The translations under genes and the position numbers were made by a program. From positions 98,688 through 162,687 of the forward strand of contig DBQK01000008.1 of the NCBI GenBank assembly GCA_002305195.1: DNA of 64,000 nucleotides, read 5' to 3'. How positions within the stretch are numbered: position 1 is the first letter of the stretch; each line of letters opens with the position of its first letter. Below, piece after piece: positions 19,020 to 29,146 of this stretch. The notes beneath the pieces were generated by a model. It was given only the letters and a program-made list of their open reading frames with translations, did no database searches and had not been told where the DNA came from. The stretch is from Patescibacteria group bacterium UBA1396. Lineage in GTDB: Bacteria > Patescibacteriota > Microgenomatia > UBA1400 > UBA1396.

Positions 19020-19988
19020 TTACTGATTCGCCTGTCTAGCTGATTCCAGAATATCACCAAGTGTTTGCTCTAAGGAAGTCTCGGGTTGCCAACCAAGCTG
19101 GTTTAACTTAGATATATCAGCTACAAAATGAGGTACATCAACCGGTCTCAGCCTTGATGGATCTGTTTCAATTTCTATCTTAACCTTAGCAAGAGCGACC
19201 ATTTTTTGAACCACCTCTTTCATAGTCACCCCAGCTCCACTACCTAAATTGTAAACTTCACCACTCACACCCTGGCGTAATAATACTTCGTAGGCTTTAG
19301 CGGCGTCTCTAACATCAGTAAAATCTCTAACTGCTTCCAGGTTGCCAACCAACAATTTATCCTGTTGCCCTTTTTCAATCTTCACGATTTGGTCAGCAAA
19401 AGAAGGTAAGGCAAAATCCGTGCTTTGTCCTGGTCCAATCTGGTTAAAAGGTCGGACATGAATAATATCCAGTTGATAACTTAGTTGATAGGCTCGAGAC
19501 AATAATTCTTGCGTAGCTTTGGAAACAGCATAAGGGTTACTTGGATAAAAAGGGGCTTCTTCATTTATTGGCTGAGCTTGATATTTAGCGGGTAAAACAC
19601 CATATGCTTGAGCCGAGCCAAGGCTAATTAATCTGGCTTGCTTGGCTGCCTCCTTGATAGCTTCCAACATTACCAGTTGTAACTTGGTGTTGGTATTCAA
19701 AACTGCCTCGGCCTGCTGATAACTTTCATTTACTGAAGCGCGAGCAGCCAAGTGAATGATCCCTCTTGGTTGAAGTGTTGCTAATAAGTTCGTAACTGCA
19801 GGCTGATTAGTTAAATCAAGTGTATGAACATTATTATTACCTAGAGTTTTAGCTAATCTGGATGCCGATTCTGGTCTGAAAGCCGTACCGTGTACGTTGG
19901 TATACTGAATATTTTGTAAGTGGTTAATTATGTGTTGACCGACGAAACCATCGGCGCCGGTGATAAGTAGCACGCTATCTTTGGTCAT
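19020..19988 (-). CDS. rmd: GDP-4-keto-6-deoxy-D-mannose reductase-like SDR
   Basis: GADGFVG, YAVSK, RPFNQIGPGQ, RDFTDVRD; adjacent to gmd. Confidence 0.75.
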   Translation of the reverse strand: MTKDSVLLITGADGFVGQHIINHLQNIQYTNVHGTAFRPESASRLAKTLGNNNVHTLDLTNQPAVTNLLATLQPRGIIHLAARASVNESYQQAEAVLNTNTKLQLVMLEAIKEAAKQARLISLGSAQAYGVLPAKYQAQPINEEAPFYPSNPYAVSKATQELLSRAYQLSYQLDIIHVRPFNQIGPGQSTDFALPSFADQIVKIEKGQQDKLLVGNLEAVRDFTDVRDAAKAYEVLLRQGVSGEVYNLGSGAGVTMKEVVQKMVALAKVKIEIETDPSRLRPVDVPHFVADISKLNQLGWQPETSLEQTLGDILESARQANQ

Positions 19989-21288
19989 TTTTTCTCCCGA
20001 TACTAAGGTATAACCACTGGTCAGTGGAAAATTTGGCTGGGTCTAGTTGATTACGTACATCGATGAGGGTTCGGCGCTGGCCGCCGGCCAGCGCCGGCAA
20101 TGAAGCAAAATCAAACCCTACTATTTCCGGCCATTCAATCAACAATATAATCACCTCGGCGTCGGTAACAGCCTCTGCGAGAGTATCAACCAGAGATAAG
20201 TGCGGCTTGGCGCCGACTTGTCGGCGCCAAGCCGCCATCGCCATTGGATCATAAGCTTTGACTTGCGCACCTTTGTGTAGTAACTGTGGCACAACCTTTA
20301 AGCTGGGAGCTTCGCGCAAATCATCGGTATTGGGCTTAAATGAAAGACCTAAAACAGCCACTTTTTTATCTTGCCATCCGCCGATTGATTCGGCAAAATC
20401 CTGCAACTTAAGATGTGGTCGATTTTCATTTAACTCATTAATTTTATTAAATAAATTATCGCCTTGACCGACCGAGCGCGAGTAAGCTGCTAGCTCGCGA
20501 ACATCTTTGGGAAAGCAGGATCCGCCATACCCAAACCCAGGATACCAGTAATGATCACCAATTCTTTTATCGTGACCAATAATCTTGATAACTTCCTGAA
20601 CGTCAGCACCGTTTTCTTCACATAAATCCGCAATCTGATTGATAAAGGTAATTCGCTGCGCTAAATAAGCATTGGCGGTATACTTACCCATTTGAGCACT
20701 CTCAGGATTGGCGATTACAATCGGCGCTTGAAAAGGTTCGTGCAGATGTTTTAAACGCTCAATGGCTGCCGCTTCACGGCAGCCAATCACTACTCTGTCA
20801 GGGTGTAGAGTATCCTCAACCGCCGTACCCTCTCGCAAAAACTCTGGTAGTGAAGCTAAATAAAAGTTTTTATCAGTTATGGATTTAATTTTTTTAGTAA
20901 GGATTGAGAAAATTCCAGGTGGAACCGTGCTTTTGATACCAATGACCACATCATCGGCAATATACTTGGCTGATTCTTGGCAAGCAGCCTCAACATAAGT
21001 GGTGTCCGCCGTTCCATCTGGAGCAGAGGGTGTACCCACCGCTACTAAAATAACTTGTGCATCTGGGATTGCTTCTTGATAACTACTCGTAAACCTCAAC
21101 CGACCGTTTTTTAGCTCTTGTTTAAGAAGATCTGTAAGTCCGGGTTCAAAAAATGGAACCTCACCCTCCTGCAAACTCGCAACTTTGGCTGGATCTATAT
21201 CTAAACCAGTTACCTGATTCCCAAATGAGGCTAAGGCGGCGGCGGTTACAACACCAACAAAACCGGTTCCAATAACAACTACCTGCAT
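19975..21288 (-). CDS. ugd: UDP-glucose/GDP-mannose 6-dehydrogenase
   Basis: GTGFVG, PEFLREG, GYGGSCFPKD, FKPNTDDLRE. Confidence 0.93.
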   Translation of the reverse strand: MQVVVIGTGFVGVVTAAALASFGNQVTGLDIDPAKVASLQEGEVPFFEPGLTDLLKQELKNGRLRFTSSYQEAIPDAQVILVAVGTPSAPDGTADTTYVEAACQESAKYIADDVVIGIKSTVPPGIFSILTKKIKSITDKNFYLASLPEFLREGTAVEDTLHPDRVVIGCREAAAIERLKHLHEPFQAPIVIANPESAQMGKYTANAYLAQRITFINQIADLCEENGADVQEVIKIIGHDKRIGDHYWYPGFGYGGSCFPKDVRELAAYSRSVGQGDNLFNKINELNENRPHLKLQDFAESIGGWQDKKVAVLGLSFKPNTDDLREAPSLKVVPQLLHKGAQVKAYDPMAMAAWRRQVGAKPHLSLVDTLAEAVTDAEVIILLIEWPEIVGFDFASLPALAGGQRRTLIDVRNQLDPAKFSTDQWLYLSIGRKNDQR

Positions 21289-21344
21289 TGGCTAATCCTA
21301 TCAGAGAACGCCCCCTAGGAAAAGCGATGGATTAAGATGCAAAA

Positions 21345-21761
21345 CTATCTGTGATTCTTGAAAAAATTTAGTTCCTTTAATCCCTGAGATATTTGACGCA
21401 AAACATTAACACAATAACTAATATTTTCATTAGATGGATTGTTCGCTAAAATTGGAGCAATTTCTAAAAGTTTGGACGAGCTATCTGCGATACATGTTTG
21501 TATTTTTTTTAATATATTTTCTGGAAAGCTTAGCTCATTCAGGCCACTGTAAACCTGAAGGATAGAGACGGTACAATTTCTAATGTTTTGACTAGTAGGC
21601 TTACTCGATAAGATTGAAATTATGTTATCTACTCTAGAACTGACATTAGCAATTCTGGATTCTATTTGTTCAGGAGTGTTTGGGGTTTCAGACATATCCC
21701 CATCGGTATTTTCTCCAGAATGAACAACACTCTCATTTGCAACTGCCATACCACCTCCCAC
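21345..21761 (-). CDS. hypothetical helical protein
   Basis: 138-aa ORF; GGAGG before an internal ATG suggests a start near 21749. Confidence 0.55.
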   Translation of the reverse strand: MGGGMAVANESVVHSGENTDGDMSETPNTPEQIESRIANVSSRVDNIISILSSKPTSQNIRNCTVSILQVYSGLNELSFPENILKKIQTCIADSSSKLLEIAPILANNPSNENISYCVNVLRQISQGLKELNFFKNHR

Positions 21762-21834
21762 CCTTTTAACTATTCTATCAATTTTCCCAAGAAAAAACTA
21801 TCGATCGAAAAAAAACAACCAGCTAGTATCTCTT

Positions 21835-22203
21835 TTAGGCTACCACTGACTTATTTCTGGCGGGCTCACCAACCAACCAGGTTAAAACTAGTCGTGGATC
21901 ATTACGAGCAATTCCCTGAATGACGGTACTACAAAAGTTGGTGGATAATTGGTCTCCACCTGGCAATAGTTGAAGTTCTTGCTGGATGGCTGCCAAGCGC
22001 AACCAACAAGCTGGCGTTTCACCAGACTGATTAGGATTACTCTGTTGTATTTCTCCATTCCTGGCTTGCTGTAAAGCAACGCCCAACACTTCAATCATTA
22101 ACTCATTTCGCAAGCGATCTAATTTGCGAGAGCTTTCATCATGGATGCCAGTAATAATTTCGCTAACTGGTTTTTCTGCTCTAGCAATAATCTCCATAAA
22201 CAA
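21835..22203 (-). CDS. hypothetical protein
   Basis: 122-aa ORF co-oriented with neighbours. Confidence 0.45.
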   Translation of the reverse strand: MFMEIIARAEKPVSEIITGIHDESSRKLDRLRNELMIEVLGVALQQARNGEIQQSNPNQSGETPACWLRLAAIQQELQLLPGGDQLSTNFCSTVIQGIARNDPRLVLTWLVGEPARNKSVVA

Positions 22204-22283
22204 GATTACTGTAATGGTTGCTTCTAGCGAAAAATGTAATTAAAACAAAATAGAAACGTAAGAATTATCGAAAAATTATTGAT

Positions 22284-23348
22284 TTAACCAAACAAACTCG
22301 CCTGAACTTGATTCTCAAAAGAATCCGAAGGTAATTTTCTCTTTAATGACTCAAAACCCAACTGGGTAAACAGCTCCAAAGCTGACGTTTTGTTGTAATC
22401 ACTTAATTTGGCTTGTTCTAATGAAAAATCCAAAGGAACATCGGTGTCAATCTTGGCTAATTCTTGAGATAGCCAGGCTTCTTCCTGACTATCAACCAAC
22501 TTCTTGATTACTGCTGGGCGTAGATTTCTAACTTTAGATATTAGTTGTACTTTCTCTGATTCGGAAAATTTATTTTCAATCTCAGCTTGATCTAAATGGC
22601 TGCTGGAATTAATTTTGCTGGCAAGCATTAAAGCCTGATATAATCTCTCGATTGAACCAAACTCGGTTAAAAACTGAACGGCGGTTTTCGGACCAACTCC
22701 TTTAACACCTGGAATATTATCAGACGGATCTCCACACAAAGCTTTATAGTCAATTACTTGATCCACCTTAACCCCAAAATGATCTTCAACCGCTTGTTTG
22801 TCAATAACTCTCAGATCACCGCTACCATCGCGTTCCGGCCAGAGCACATAAACATTATCATGAATTAGCTGAAACGTGTCACGGTCGCTGGTAAAGATAG
22901 CCACTTTCAACTCTGGATTTGAATGGGATAATTTCTCGCTAAGTGTACCGATAACATCATCGGCCTCATATCCATTAATACCAATGGTGGGAATGTTTAG
23001 TACTTTAAGCACGGCATACATCAAAGGAAATTGGGCCTTAAGTTCTGGATCGGCTTCTTCACGGTTCGCTTTGTATTGAGTATAGGTTTGGTGACGAAAG
23101 GTGGGCTCTCCCATATCGGTACCGGTGACGATATATTCAGGATTAACGATCTCTAAGACTCTTAGTAGCATTCTGGTAAAACCGTAAACAGCGTTGGTTA
23201 TCTCACCATCTGGTGATTGCAAACTTAACGGAAAGGAGTGGTAAGCTCTAAACAATAATGAATAAGCATCCAAAATAACTAAATCGATATCTTGAGGCAA
23301 TACAGTTGCCTGGTTTGACTGGCTTTTGTCTGAATCTTTACTAATCAT
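22284..23348 (-). CDS. stand-alone 5'-3' exonuclease/flap endonuclease (PolA N-terminal domain)
   Basis: D.YSLLFRAYH, YKANR, YEADD, DRD, GDPSDNIPGVKGVGPKTA; no polymerase domain. Confidence 0.93.
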   Translation of the reverse strand: MISKDSDKSQSNQATVLPQDIDLVILDAYSLLFRAYHSFPLSLQSPDGEITNAVYGFTRMLLRVLEIVNPEYIVTGTDMGEPTFRHQTYTQYKANREEADPELKAQFPLMYAVLKVLNIPTIGINGYEADDVIGTLSEKLSHSNPELKVAIFTSDRDTFQLIHDNVYVLWPERDGSGDLRVIDKQAVEDHFGVKVDQVIDYKALCGDPSDNIPGVKGVGPKTAVQFLTEFGSIERLYQALMLASKINSSSHLDQAEIENKFSESEKVQLISKVRNLRPAVIKKLVDSQEEAWLSQELAKIDTDVPLDFSLEQAKLSDYNKTSALELFTQLGFESLKRKLPSDSFENQVQASLFG

Positions 23349-23383
23349 AAATTGCCACGGAATAATTAGTGGCTAGATTAATT

Positions 23384-25381
23384 TTAATTTTTTTTTGACT
23401 TTGATTGAAGGGTGTGATTACTCTTCAGTTTGCTTTTGGCCTTTGGTAGACCAACTGCATTCTCAAATTCATCTCCCTCTAGTGTTTCTGCCTCAAGAAG
23501 ACGTTCCACAACTCGTTTCATAGCCTCATCATTCTCTTGAATAATCTGTCGAGCTAACTTCTCTGCTTCACTAACAAATTTTTGCATTTGAGCATCCACC
23601 TGACTTTGCAACTTGTCAGAAATTCGATAAGGCTCTGGAAAACTTCGCCCATAATCACTCATTTCATACTGGGGTCCAAAGTTTAAAGGCCCCAGATCGC
23701 TCATACCAAAATCTAAAACCATAGCCCGAGCAATTCTGGTGACTTGATCAATATCACTCGCAGCACCTCCAGTTAATTCCTTAAAGTAAATATCCTCAGC
23801 AATTCTGCCACCCAACAGCACCGCCATTCTGGCCATCAGTTCTGATCTAGTTTGTTGATACTTGTCCTGTTCGGGTGGGGTCAAAGTAAAGCCCAAGGCT
23901 TGGCCGCGTGAAACAATTGAAATTCGGTGAACAGGATCGGCATAGGGCAGCAAGTGAGCCACCACTGCATGCCCAACTTCGTGATAAGCTGTCATTTCCC
24001 GCTCATATTCACTTTGCAGTTTTTTCTTGGAAGGACCAAGTTTAACCTTAAGAGCGGCTTCTTCAAGATCTTTCATATCGATCTTGGTTCGGTTTTCTCT
24101 AGCAACCAAGATGGCCGCTTCATTCAACATATTTTCCAAATCAGCACCAGAGAAACCTACGGTGCGCTTGGCAATCTTGGACCAATTCACATCATCTGTA
24201 AATGGCTTATTAGAACTGTGAATTTTTAAGATCCGTTCTCTTTCCTCAATATCAGGCAAGGTAGCGGTTATTCGTCGATCAAACCTACCAGGACGAGTTA
24301 GAGCCGGATCAAGCATGTCACCCCGGTTTGTAGCAGCCAATACAATTACGCTATCTGTAGGTGCAAAACCATCCATTTCTACTAAGATTTGGTTCAGAGT
24401 CTGTTCGCGCTCATCATGACCACCCATACCACCAGCATTTCCTCTCATCCGGCCGATGGCATCTATTTCATCAATAAAAATAATTGCTGGCGCCATTTTT
24501 TTGGCGGTTTCAAATAAATCTCTAGCTCTGGCCGCACCAACGCCAACCAGCATCTCCATAAACTCAGAGCCGGCAATCGACAAGAATGGCACGTTGGCTT
24601 CACCAGCCACCGCTCTTGCCAATAAGGTCTTGCCAGTACCGGAAGGTCCAACTAACAGGGCTCCTTTGGGAGTTCGAGCCCCTAATTTTTGGTATTTATC
24701 TGGATGTTTAAGAAAATCAACAATTTCTTGCAATTCTTGCTTTGCCTCTTTCATACCTCCGACATCAGCAAACTTAACGTCTTGTTTGCCCTTGATGAAA
24801 AACTTAGCCTTACTCTTGCCAAATCCCAACATATCTCCCTGAGCGCCTCTGGCCTGTCTGAATAAAAACAAAAAGAAAACAACCATCAAAAGTAGTGGCA
24901 CAAAATTAACAATTAATTCCCAAATAATGGCACTGGCGGTTAAATCTTTAACCTCGATTTGAACCGTGGAAGGGTCAACATCTACCTTGGTTAGCAAATC
25001 TAGAAAATCCTGACCGGCCTCTTTGCGCGATTTCTTCACTGTGCCATCAAAATACTCGATCTGAATCTCATCACCCTCGATCATAATTTGTTCAACAGTT
25101 TCTGACTTTAAATCAGCTAATAAACTGGAGATGGGCACGATATTGCTATCAGCACCAGAGAACACACTAAATAAAAATGGCAAAAATAATAAAAGAATAA
25201 TCAGCCAAACAATCAATCTATTTGGATTAAATTTAAAACCAAATATCCAAACATTACCCTTATTTTTCTTTGGTGATAAGCGCTTCAACTGGTCGCCGGG
25301 AATTCTTGAGCGTTTGTTTGATTTTCCGCCACTCTTAGAAGATGAATTTGGTGTTTGTTCATTATTCATATTATTAGCCAT
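23384..25381 (-). CDS. ftsH: ATP-dependent zinc metalloprotease FtsH
   Basis: 2 TM, GPSGTGKT, FIDEID, RPGRFDR, HEVGH. Confidence 0.97.
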   Translation of the reverse strand: MANNMNNEQTPNSSSKSGGKSNKRSRIPGDQLKRLSPKKNKGNVWIFGFKFNPNRLIVWLIILLLFLPFLFSVFSGADSNIVPISSLLADLKSETVEQIMIEGDEIQIEYFDGTVKKSRKEAGQDFLDLLTKVDVDPSTVQIEVKDLTASAIIWELIVNFVPLLLMVVFFLFLFRQARGAQGDMLGFGKSKAKFFIKGKQDVKFADVGGMKEAKQELQEIVDFLKHPDKYQKLGARTPKGALLVGPSGTGKTLLARAVAGEANVPFLSIAGSEFMEMLVGVGAARARDLFETAKKMAPAIIFIDEIDAIGRMRGNAGGMGGHDEREQTLNQILVEMDGFAPTDSVIVLAATNRGDMLDPALTRPGRFDRRITATLPDIEERERILKIHSSNKPFTDDVNWSKIAKRTVGFSGADLENMLNEAAILVARENRTKIDMKDLEEAALKVKLGPSKKKLQSEYEREMTAYHEVGHAVVAHLLPYADPVHRISIVSRGQALGFTLTPPEQDKYQQTRSELMARMAVLLGGRIAEDIYFKELTGGAASDIDQVTRIARAMVLDFGMSDLGPLNFGPQYEMSDYGRSFPEPYRISDKLQSQVDAQMQKFVSEAEKLARQIIQENDEAMKRVVERLLEAETLEGDEFENAVGLPKAKSKLKSNHTLQSKSKKN

Positions 25382-25384
25382 ATT

Positions 25385-25774
25385 TTACCCTAATCTGGAG
25401 CCGGCTGGCGCCAAGTTGCTTTGTAATAATAATTGTGGAGTCGACTCCGGCTGATCATCCTGCGCTGCTAGAATCATTCCCTCACTCACTCCCGGACCCA
25501 TTCGGCGAGGTTCTAAGTTAACCACAAAAATCGATTGCTTGCCAATAAAATCTTCCGGCTGATACCACTTTCGCAAGCCAGCCAAAATTGTTCGCTGGCC
25601 AATCTCCTGACCAAAATCAACTTTTAACTCAATTAATTTATCTGACCAGTCCGGTAAACTAGCTTGGAGAATAGTACCCACCCTGATATCGACAGCCAAA
25701 AATTGATCAAACTTAATAGATGATGTTTTAGTTTCATTACCATCTGGTGATGAAGTAACAACTGATTCAGACAT
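25385..25774 (-). CDS. tRNA-binding OB-fold protein (MetRS C-terminal/CsaA/Trbp111-like)
   Basis: DIRVGTI, VNLEPRRM...SEGMILA. Confidence 0.88.
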   Translation of the reverse strand: MSESVVTSSPDGNETKTSSIKFDQFLAVDIRVGTILQASLPDWSDKLIELKVDFGQEIGQRTILAGLRKWYQPEDFIGKQSIFVVNLEPRRMGPGVSEGMILAAQDDQPESTPQLLLQSNLAPAGSRLG

Positions 25775-25812
25775 ACTGGCAAATTCTACCCTTTCTTTAA
25801 AAATAGAACTAG

Positions 25813-26670
25813 TTATAGTTCTCTGATCTGCACATCCTGGTGCATATCGGCTAAGTCAATTAATTGTAAATATCTCTCGGTTGTTGAGAGGCGTTTATGA
25901 CCAACAATCTTGCTGACCGTCACCAGAGGCACACCGGCGATTAACTGCTGATAAATAAAGGTATGACGCAAATCATTGACTTTGGCATCTTTAATACCGG
26001 CTAACTTGAAGTATCGATCGATAGCACTGCGAATATTCCTAACTAAAAATGGTCGGCAACTTTTAGTTAGAAAAAAAGTTCTTTCTTTAGTGCGGGGCCT
26101 AATTTGAGAATAATCCTTAATAGCTGCGACCGCGGCATTATTAAGTGGCACAACACGACTATCGTGTGAGTTTTGGGCAGCAATAAAAATCTGTTTTTTA
26201 GGTAAAGAAATATCTTCTATCTTTAGTTCCGCAAGTTCACTAATACGCATACCGGTTTGTAGTAATAGTTCGATGATGGCATACATTCGGCGATCTTTTT
26301 TAACAATGTCTCTTAAAGCTCGATATTCTACTGGTGTTAAAACTCTTGGCGGGGCATTTTTGTATCTGGGTTGAACAATTTGCTGTACTGGATTATCGCT
26401 AATGATCTTCTTGTCATGCAGATATCGAAAAAAGGATTTAAGTGAGTTGAGCTTTCGAGAAATTGATTTATCTGAATAACGCAGAACTTCTAATTCCTCT
26501 TTATAGTCGTTAAAGTCATCCGCCACCACTTGTTTAGGATCAGTCTTGTTGCGCCGGATTAAAAATTCACAGAACTGCTCTACATCTTTGCTGTAGGCCA
26601 GTAAAGTAGCTTGGGCTTTACCTGAATCTTTTAAAGCCTGAGTATAATCTTGTTGCAGCTGTTTAATCAT
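25813..26670 (-). CDS. XerC/XerD-like tyrosine recombinase
   Basis: SAM-like N domain, TGMRISEL, NDLRHTF, GHKRLSTTERY. Confidence 0.9.
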   Translation of the reverse strand: MIKQLQQDYTQALKDSGKAQATLLAYSKDVEQFCEFLIRRNKTDPKQVVADDFNDYKEELEVLRYSDKSISRKLNSLKSFFRYLHDKKIISDNPVQQIVQPRYKNAPPRVLTPVEYRALRDIVKKDRRMYAIIELLLQTGMRISELAELKIEDISLPKKQIFIAAQNSHDSRVVPLNNAAVAAIKDYSQIRPRTKERTFFLTKSCRPFLVRNIRSAIDRYFKLAGIKDAKVNDLRHTFIYQQLIAGVPLVTVSKIVGHKRLSTTERYLQLIDLADMHQDVQIREL

Positions 26671-26770
26671 AAATATATAGTTGAGTTATCGAGATATTAA
26701 ATGTGTCTTAAAGGATAAGGTCACATTTTAACGTCCGATAATATTATAGCAAGAGCTAAAAGATACTTCT

Positions 26771-27103
26771 ATGCTTGATTATCAAAATTCTAAGATACGT
26801 AGATCAGGTGAGTGGCCATCAAATCAGTCACGAGGTGGATTCAAACTACATCGTTTGGTGGTTTCTGTCATTATCTTGGTGTTGATATTTTCTTTTCTAC
26901 GTAGTGTTTGGTTAACTAGACAAGCTAAAAAAAACTTTGCCGAGCAAGCTTTGCGAGTAGAAAAACTTAGAAATGATATTTCAAAACTGGAAGATGAGGT
27001 TAAGACAGCCACTTCAAGTTTTGAGTTGGAGAAGCGAATTAGAGAAGAATTAAAACTTCAAAAACCTGGTGAGATTATTTTAGAAGTTGAGACAAATAAT
27101 TAA
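26771..27103 (+). CDS. septum formation initiator (FtsB/DivIC family)
   Basis: TM + coiled coil + EKRIREELKLQKPGE. Confidence 0.85.
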   Translation: MLDYQNSKIRRSGEWPSNQSRGGFKLHRLVVSVIILVLIFSFLRSVWLTRQAKKNFAEQALRVEKLRNDISKLEDEVKTATSSFELEKRIREELKLQKPGEIILEVETNN

Positions 27104-27178
27104 TGCTTGATTTAATAAGCTAAATTGTAAGTTTTTTGTAAGAATTTTTGTTATAATGTCTTTTTTAGTGCAGGAGAT

Positions 27179-27871
27179 TTGATGGAAAAGTTGTCCTTGT
27201 TAATTGTCGAAGATAACGTGGTTTTAAACAATGCCATTCGTTCTTATTTACGAAAGTATTTTACAATCCATCAAACACCTACCTTTAACGGAGCCTTATC
27301 GCTGTTAGATAAATTAACACAACTTGATGTAGTTATTTTAGATAGATTTCTACCTGATGGTGATGGCCTTGAGTTACTGCCCATTTTAAACCGCTATTAT
27401 CCTCAGACTAGGATTTGTGTCTTAAGCAATGGACAATGCTTGACTGATAAACTTAGAGGTTTGGACAGCGGAGCAGATGTTTACCTGCCCAAACCCATTA
27501 GCCTCCCAGAAATAAAATCACAAATTATTGCTCTATTAAGACGAACTAGACTGCTTGATCATCAACTCATTAAACAGGGTAACATTGCTTTAAATTTACA
27601 TACCAGAAAAATTAGTAATAATGATGAGACTGTTACCCTAACTAAACGTCAAACAGAAATAATGACTTATTTTTTGCAAAATCCTTTCGGTTTTGTCTCT
27701 AAAGACCAATTGTTTGATGTCTTTTGGCGGTTAAATTCTGAGCCAAGTGATAGCGCTATTCATGTAAATATCCAGCGATTGCGAAAAAAACTAATGCTCA
27801 TTGGCATTAATCTCATTTCTAAATATGGGTCAGGATATCAGCTTGCCCTGGCTGAGAGCTCCTCTGCTTAA
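27179..27871 (+). CDS. OmpR-family response regulator (no adjacent kinase)
   Basis: IVEDN, ILDRFLPDGDG, GADVYLPKP, winged-helix C-terminus. Confidence 0.92.
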   Translation: MMEKLSLLIVEDNVVLNNAIRSYLRKYFTIHQTPTFNGALSLLDKLTQLDVVILDRFLPDGDGLELLPILNRYYPQTRICVLSNGQCLTDKLRGLDSGADVYLPKPISLPEIKSQIIALLRRTRLLDHQLIKQGNIALNLHTRKISNNDETVTLTKRQTEIMTYFLQNPFGFVSKDQLFDVFWRLNSEPSDSAIHVNIQRLRKKLMLIGINLISKYGSGYQLALAESSSA

Positions 27872-27967
27872 TTACTATGTTCGGCAAGGTAAATTCTACT
27901 TGATCTAGATCATTTATTGTTTTAATTCCAAATAGCAGATTTAGATTCATAAGTTAAAATGTCCTGT

Positions 27968-29143
27968 ATGCCTAACTACTATATTCACACCTTTGGCTGT
28001 CAAGCTAACAAATCAGATAGTGAGCGTATTGCTGGCGATTATGAAGCCAGAGGATATATAGCAGCCAAGTCTTGGAAAAATTGTGATGAGTTAGTGGTTA
28101 ACACCTGCGCCGTTCGACAACGAGCTGAAGATCGGGCAAAGGGGTTTTTAATTAACGTGGTTAATTATTATCAAGAAAACAACTTACCTAAGCCAAAAAT
28201 TATCCTAACCGGATGTATGACTCATCATGGTGATAAAAAATTGTATGAGCTACTACCTGAAATAGATGAGATCTTACCTATCAATGAAGTTGGTTTTAAC
28301 CAAGCAGCTATCAGAAAAAATAATATTAATACGCAAACTGGCCGTCGTCACGCTTGGGTACCTATCTCAAGTGGCTGTAACTCTTTTTGTACTTATTGTA
28401 TTGTGCCTTATTCGCGCGGCCGCGAGGCCTCGCGGCCGCGCGACGCTATCATCGAGGAAGTTCAACAATTACTTAAAGAAGGATACGAAGAAATTACCCT
28501 ACTTGGACAAAATGTTAATTCGTGGGGTTTGGAAAAAGTGGGAATTGGATTGCGCAAAATGTTGATGCAGACCGATAAACCGCTTGCCAGAGATGATATC
28601 CCAGACAATGCAAGTCAATACTTTGATTCTGACGGAACACCGCCGTTTGTTTCTTTACTACAAGAACTGTCACAGCTTGAAAAACTACAAACCATCCGTT
28701 TTATGACCAGCAACCCCTGGGATTTTCCGGATGAGTTAATAGCCGAGATTGCCAATAACCCTAAACTTGATAAGTTTATTCATTTGCCGGTTCAATCAGG
28801 TAGTAACTCTGTTTTGCACCGTATGAACCGTGGCTATACCAGAGAGAAATATCTCGACGTGGTTAATAAACTTAAAAAACAAGTCCCTGACGTACAAATA
28901 GGCACCGACATAATTGTTGGTTTTTGTGGTGAGACCGAAGCCGAGTTCCAAGAAACTATTGATTTAGCCAAAGAGGTGGGTTGGGCCGTCGCCTTTATTG
29001 CTCAATATTCACCTCGACCAGGCACAGCAGCCTGGAGGCTTTATGAGGATGACGTTCCTGCCGCTACAAAGAAACATCGCTTTCAACTCTTAGACAAATT
29101 GATAAATACTAGTCACATGGAAAAACGCCCTCTTATTCTGTAA
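27968..29143 (+). CDS. miaB: tRNA methylthiotransferase MiaB (no TRAM domain)
   Basis: TFGCQAN, NTCAVR, GCM, radical-SAM CNSFCTYC; adjacent to miaA; start 27968 preferred over 27959. Confidence 0.9.
   Translation: MPNYYIHTFGCQANKSDSERIAGDYEARGYIAAKSWKNCDELVVNTCAVRQRAEDRAKGFLINVVNYYQENNLPKPKIILTGCMTHHGDKKLYELLPEIDEILPINEVGFNQAAIRKNNINTQTGRRHAWVPISSGCNSFCTYCIVPYSRGREASRPRDAIIEEVQQLLKEGYEEITLLGQNVNSWGLEKVGIGLRKMLMQTDKPLARDDIPDNASQYFDSDGTPPFVSLLQELSQLEKLQTIRFMTSNPWDFPDELIAEIANNPKLDKFIHLPVQSGSNSVLHRMNRGYTREKYLDVVNKLKKQVPDVQIGTDIIVGFCGETEAEFQETIDLAKEVGWAVAFIAQYSPRPGTAAWRLYEDDVPAATKKHRFQLLDKLINTSHMEKRPLIL
28412..28443. repeat. 32-bp perfect palindrome inside miaB
   Basis: TCGCGCGGCCGCGAGGCCTCGCGGCCGCGCGA equals its own reverse complement. 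Confidence 0.95.
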
Positions 29144-29146
29144 TTT

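Noticed and set aside
23927-25454. Antisense or nested ORFs in ftsH, and similar short ORFs in other genes
   Set aside because: Shadow frames of well-supported genes with no independent signals
25813-26670. Second prophage or island integrase
   Set aside because: Flanked by housekeeping genes, with no att repeat or cargo seen
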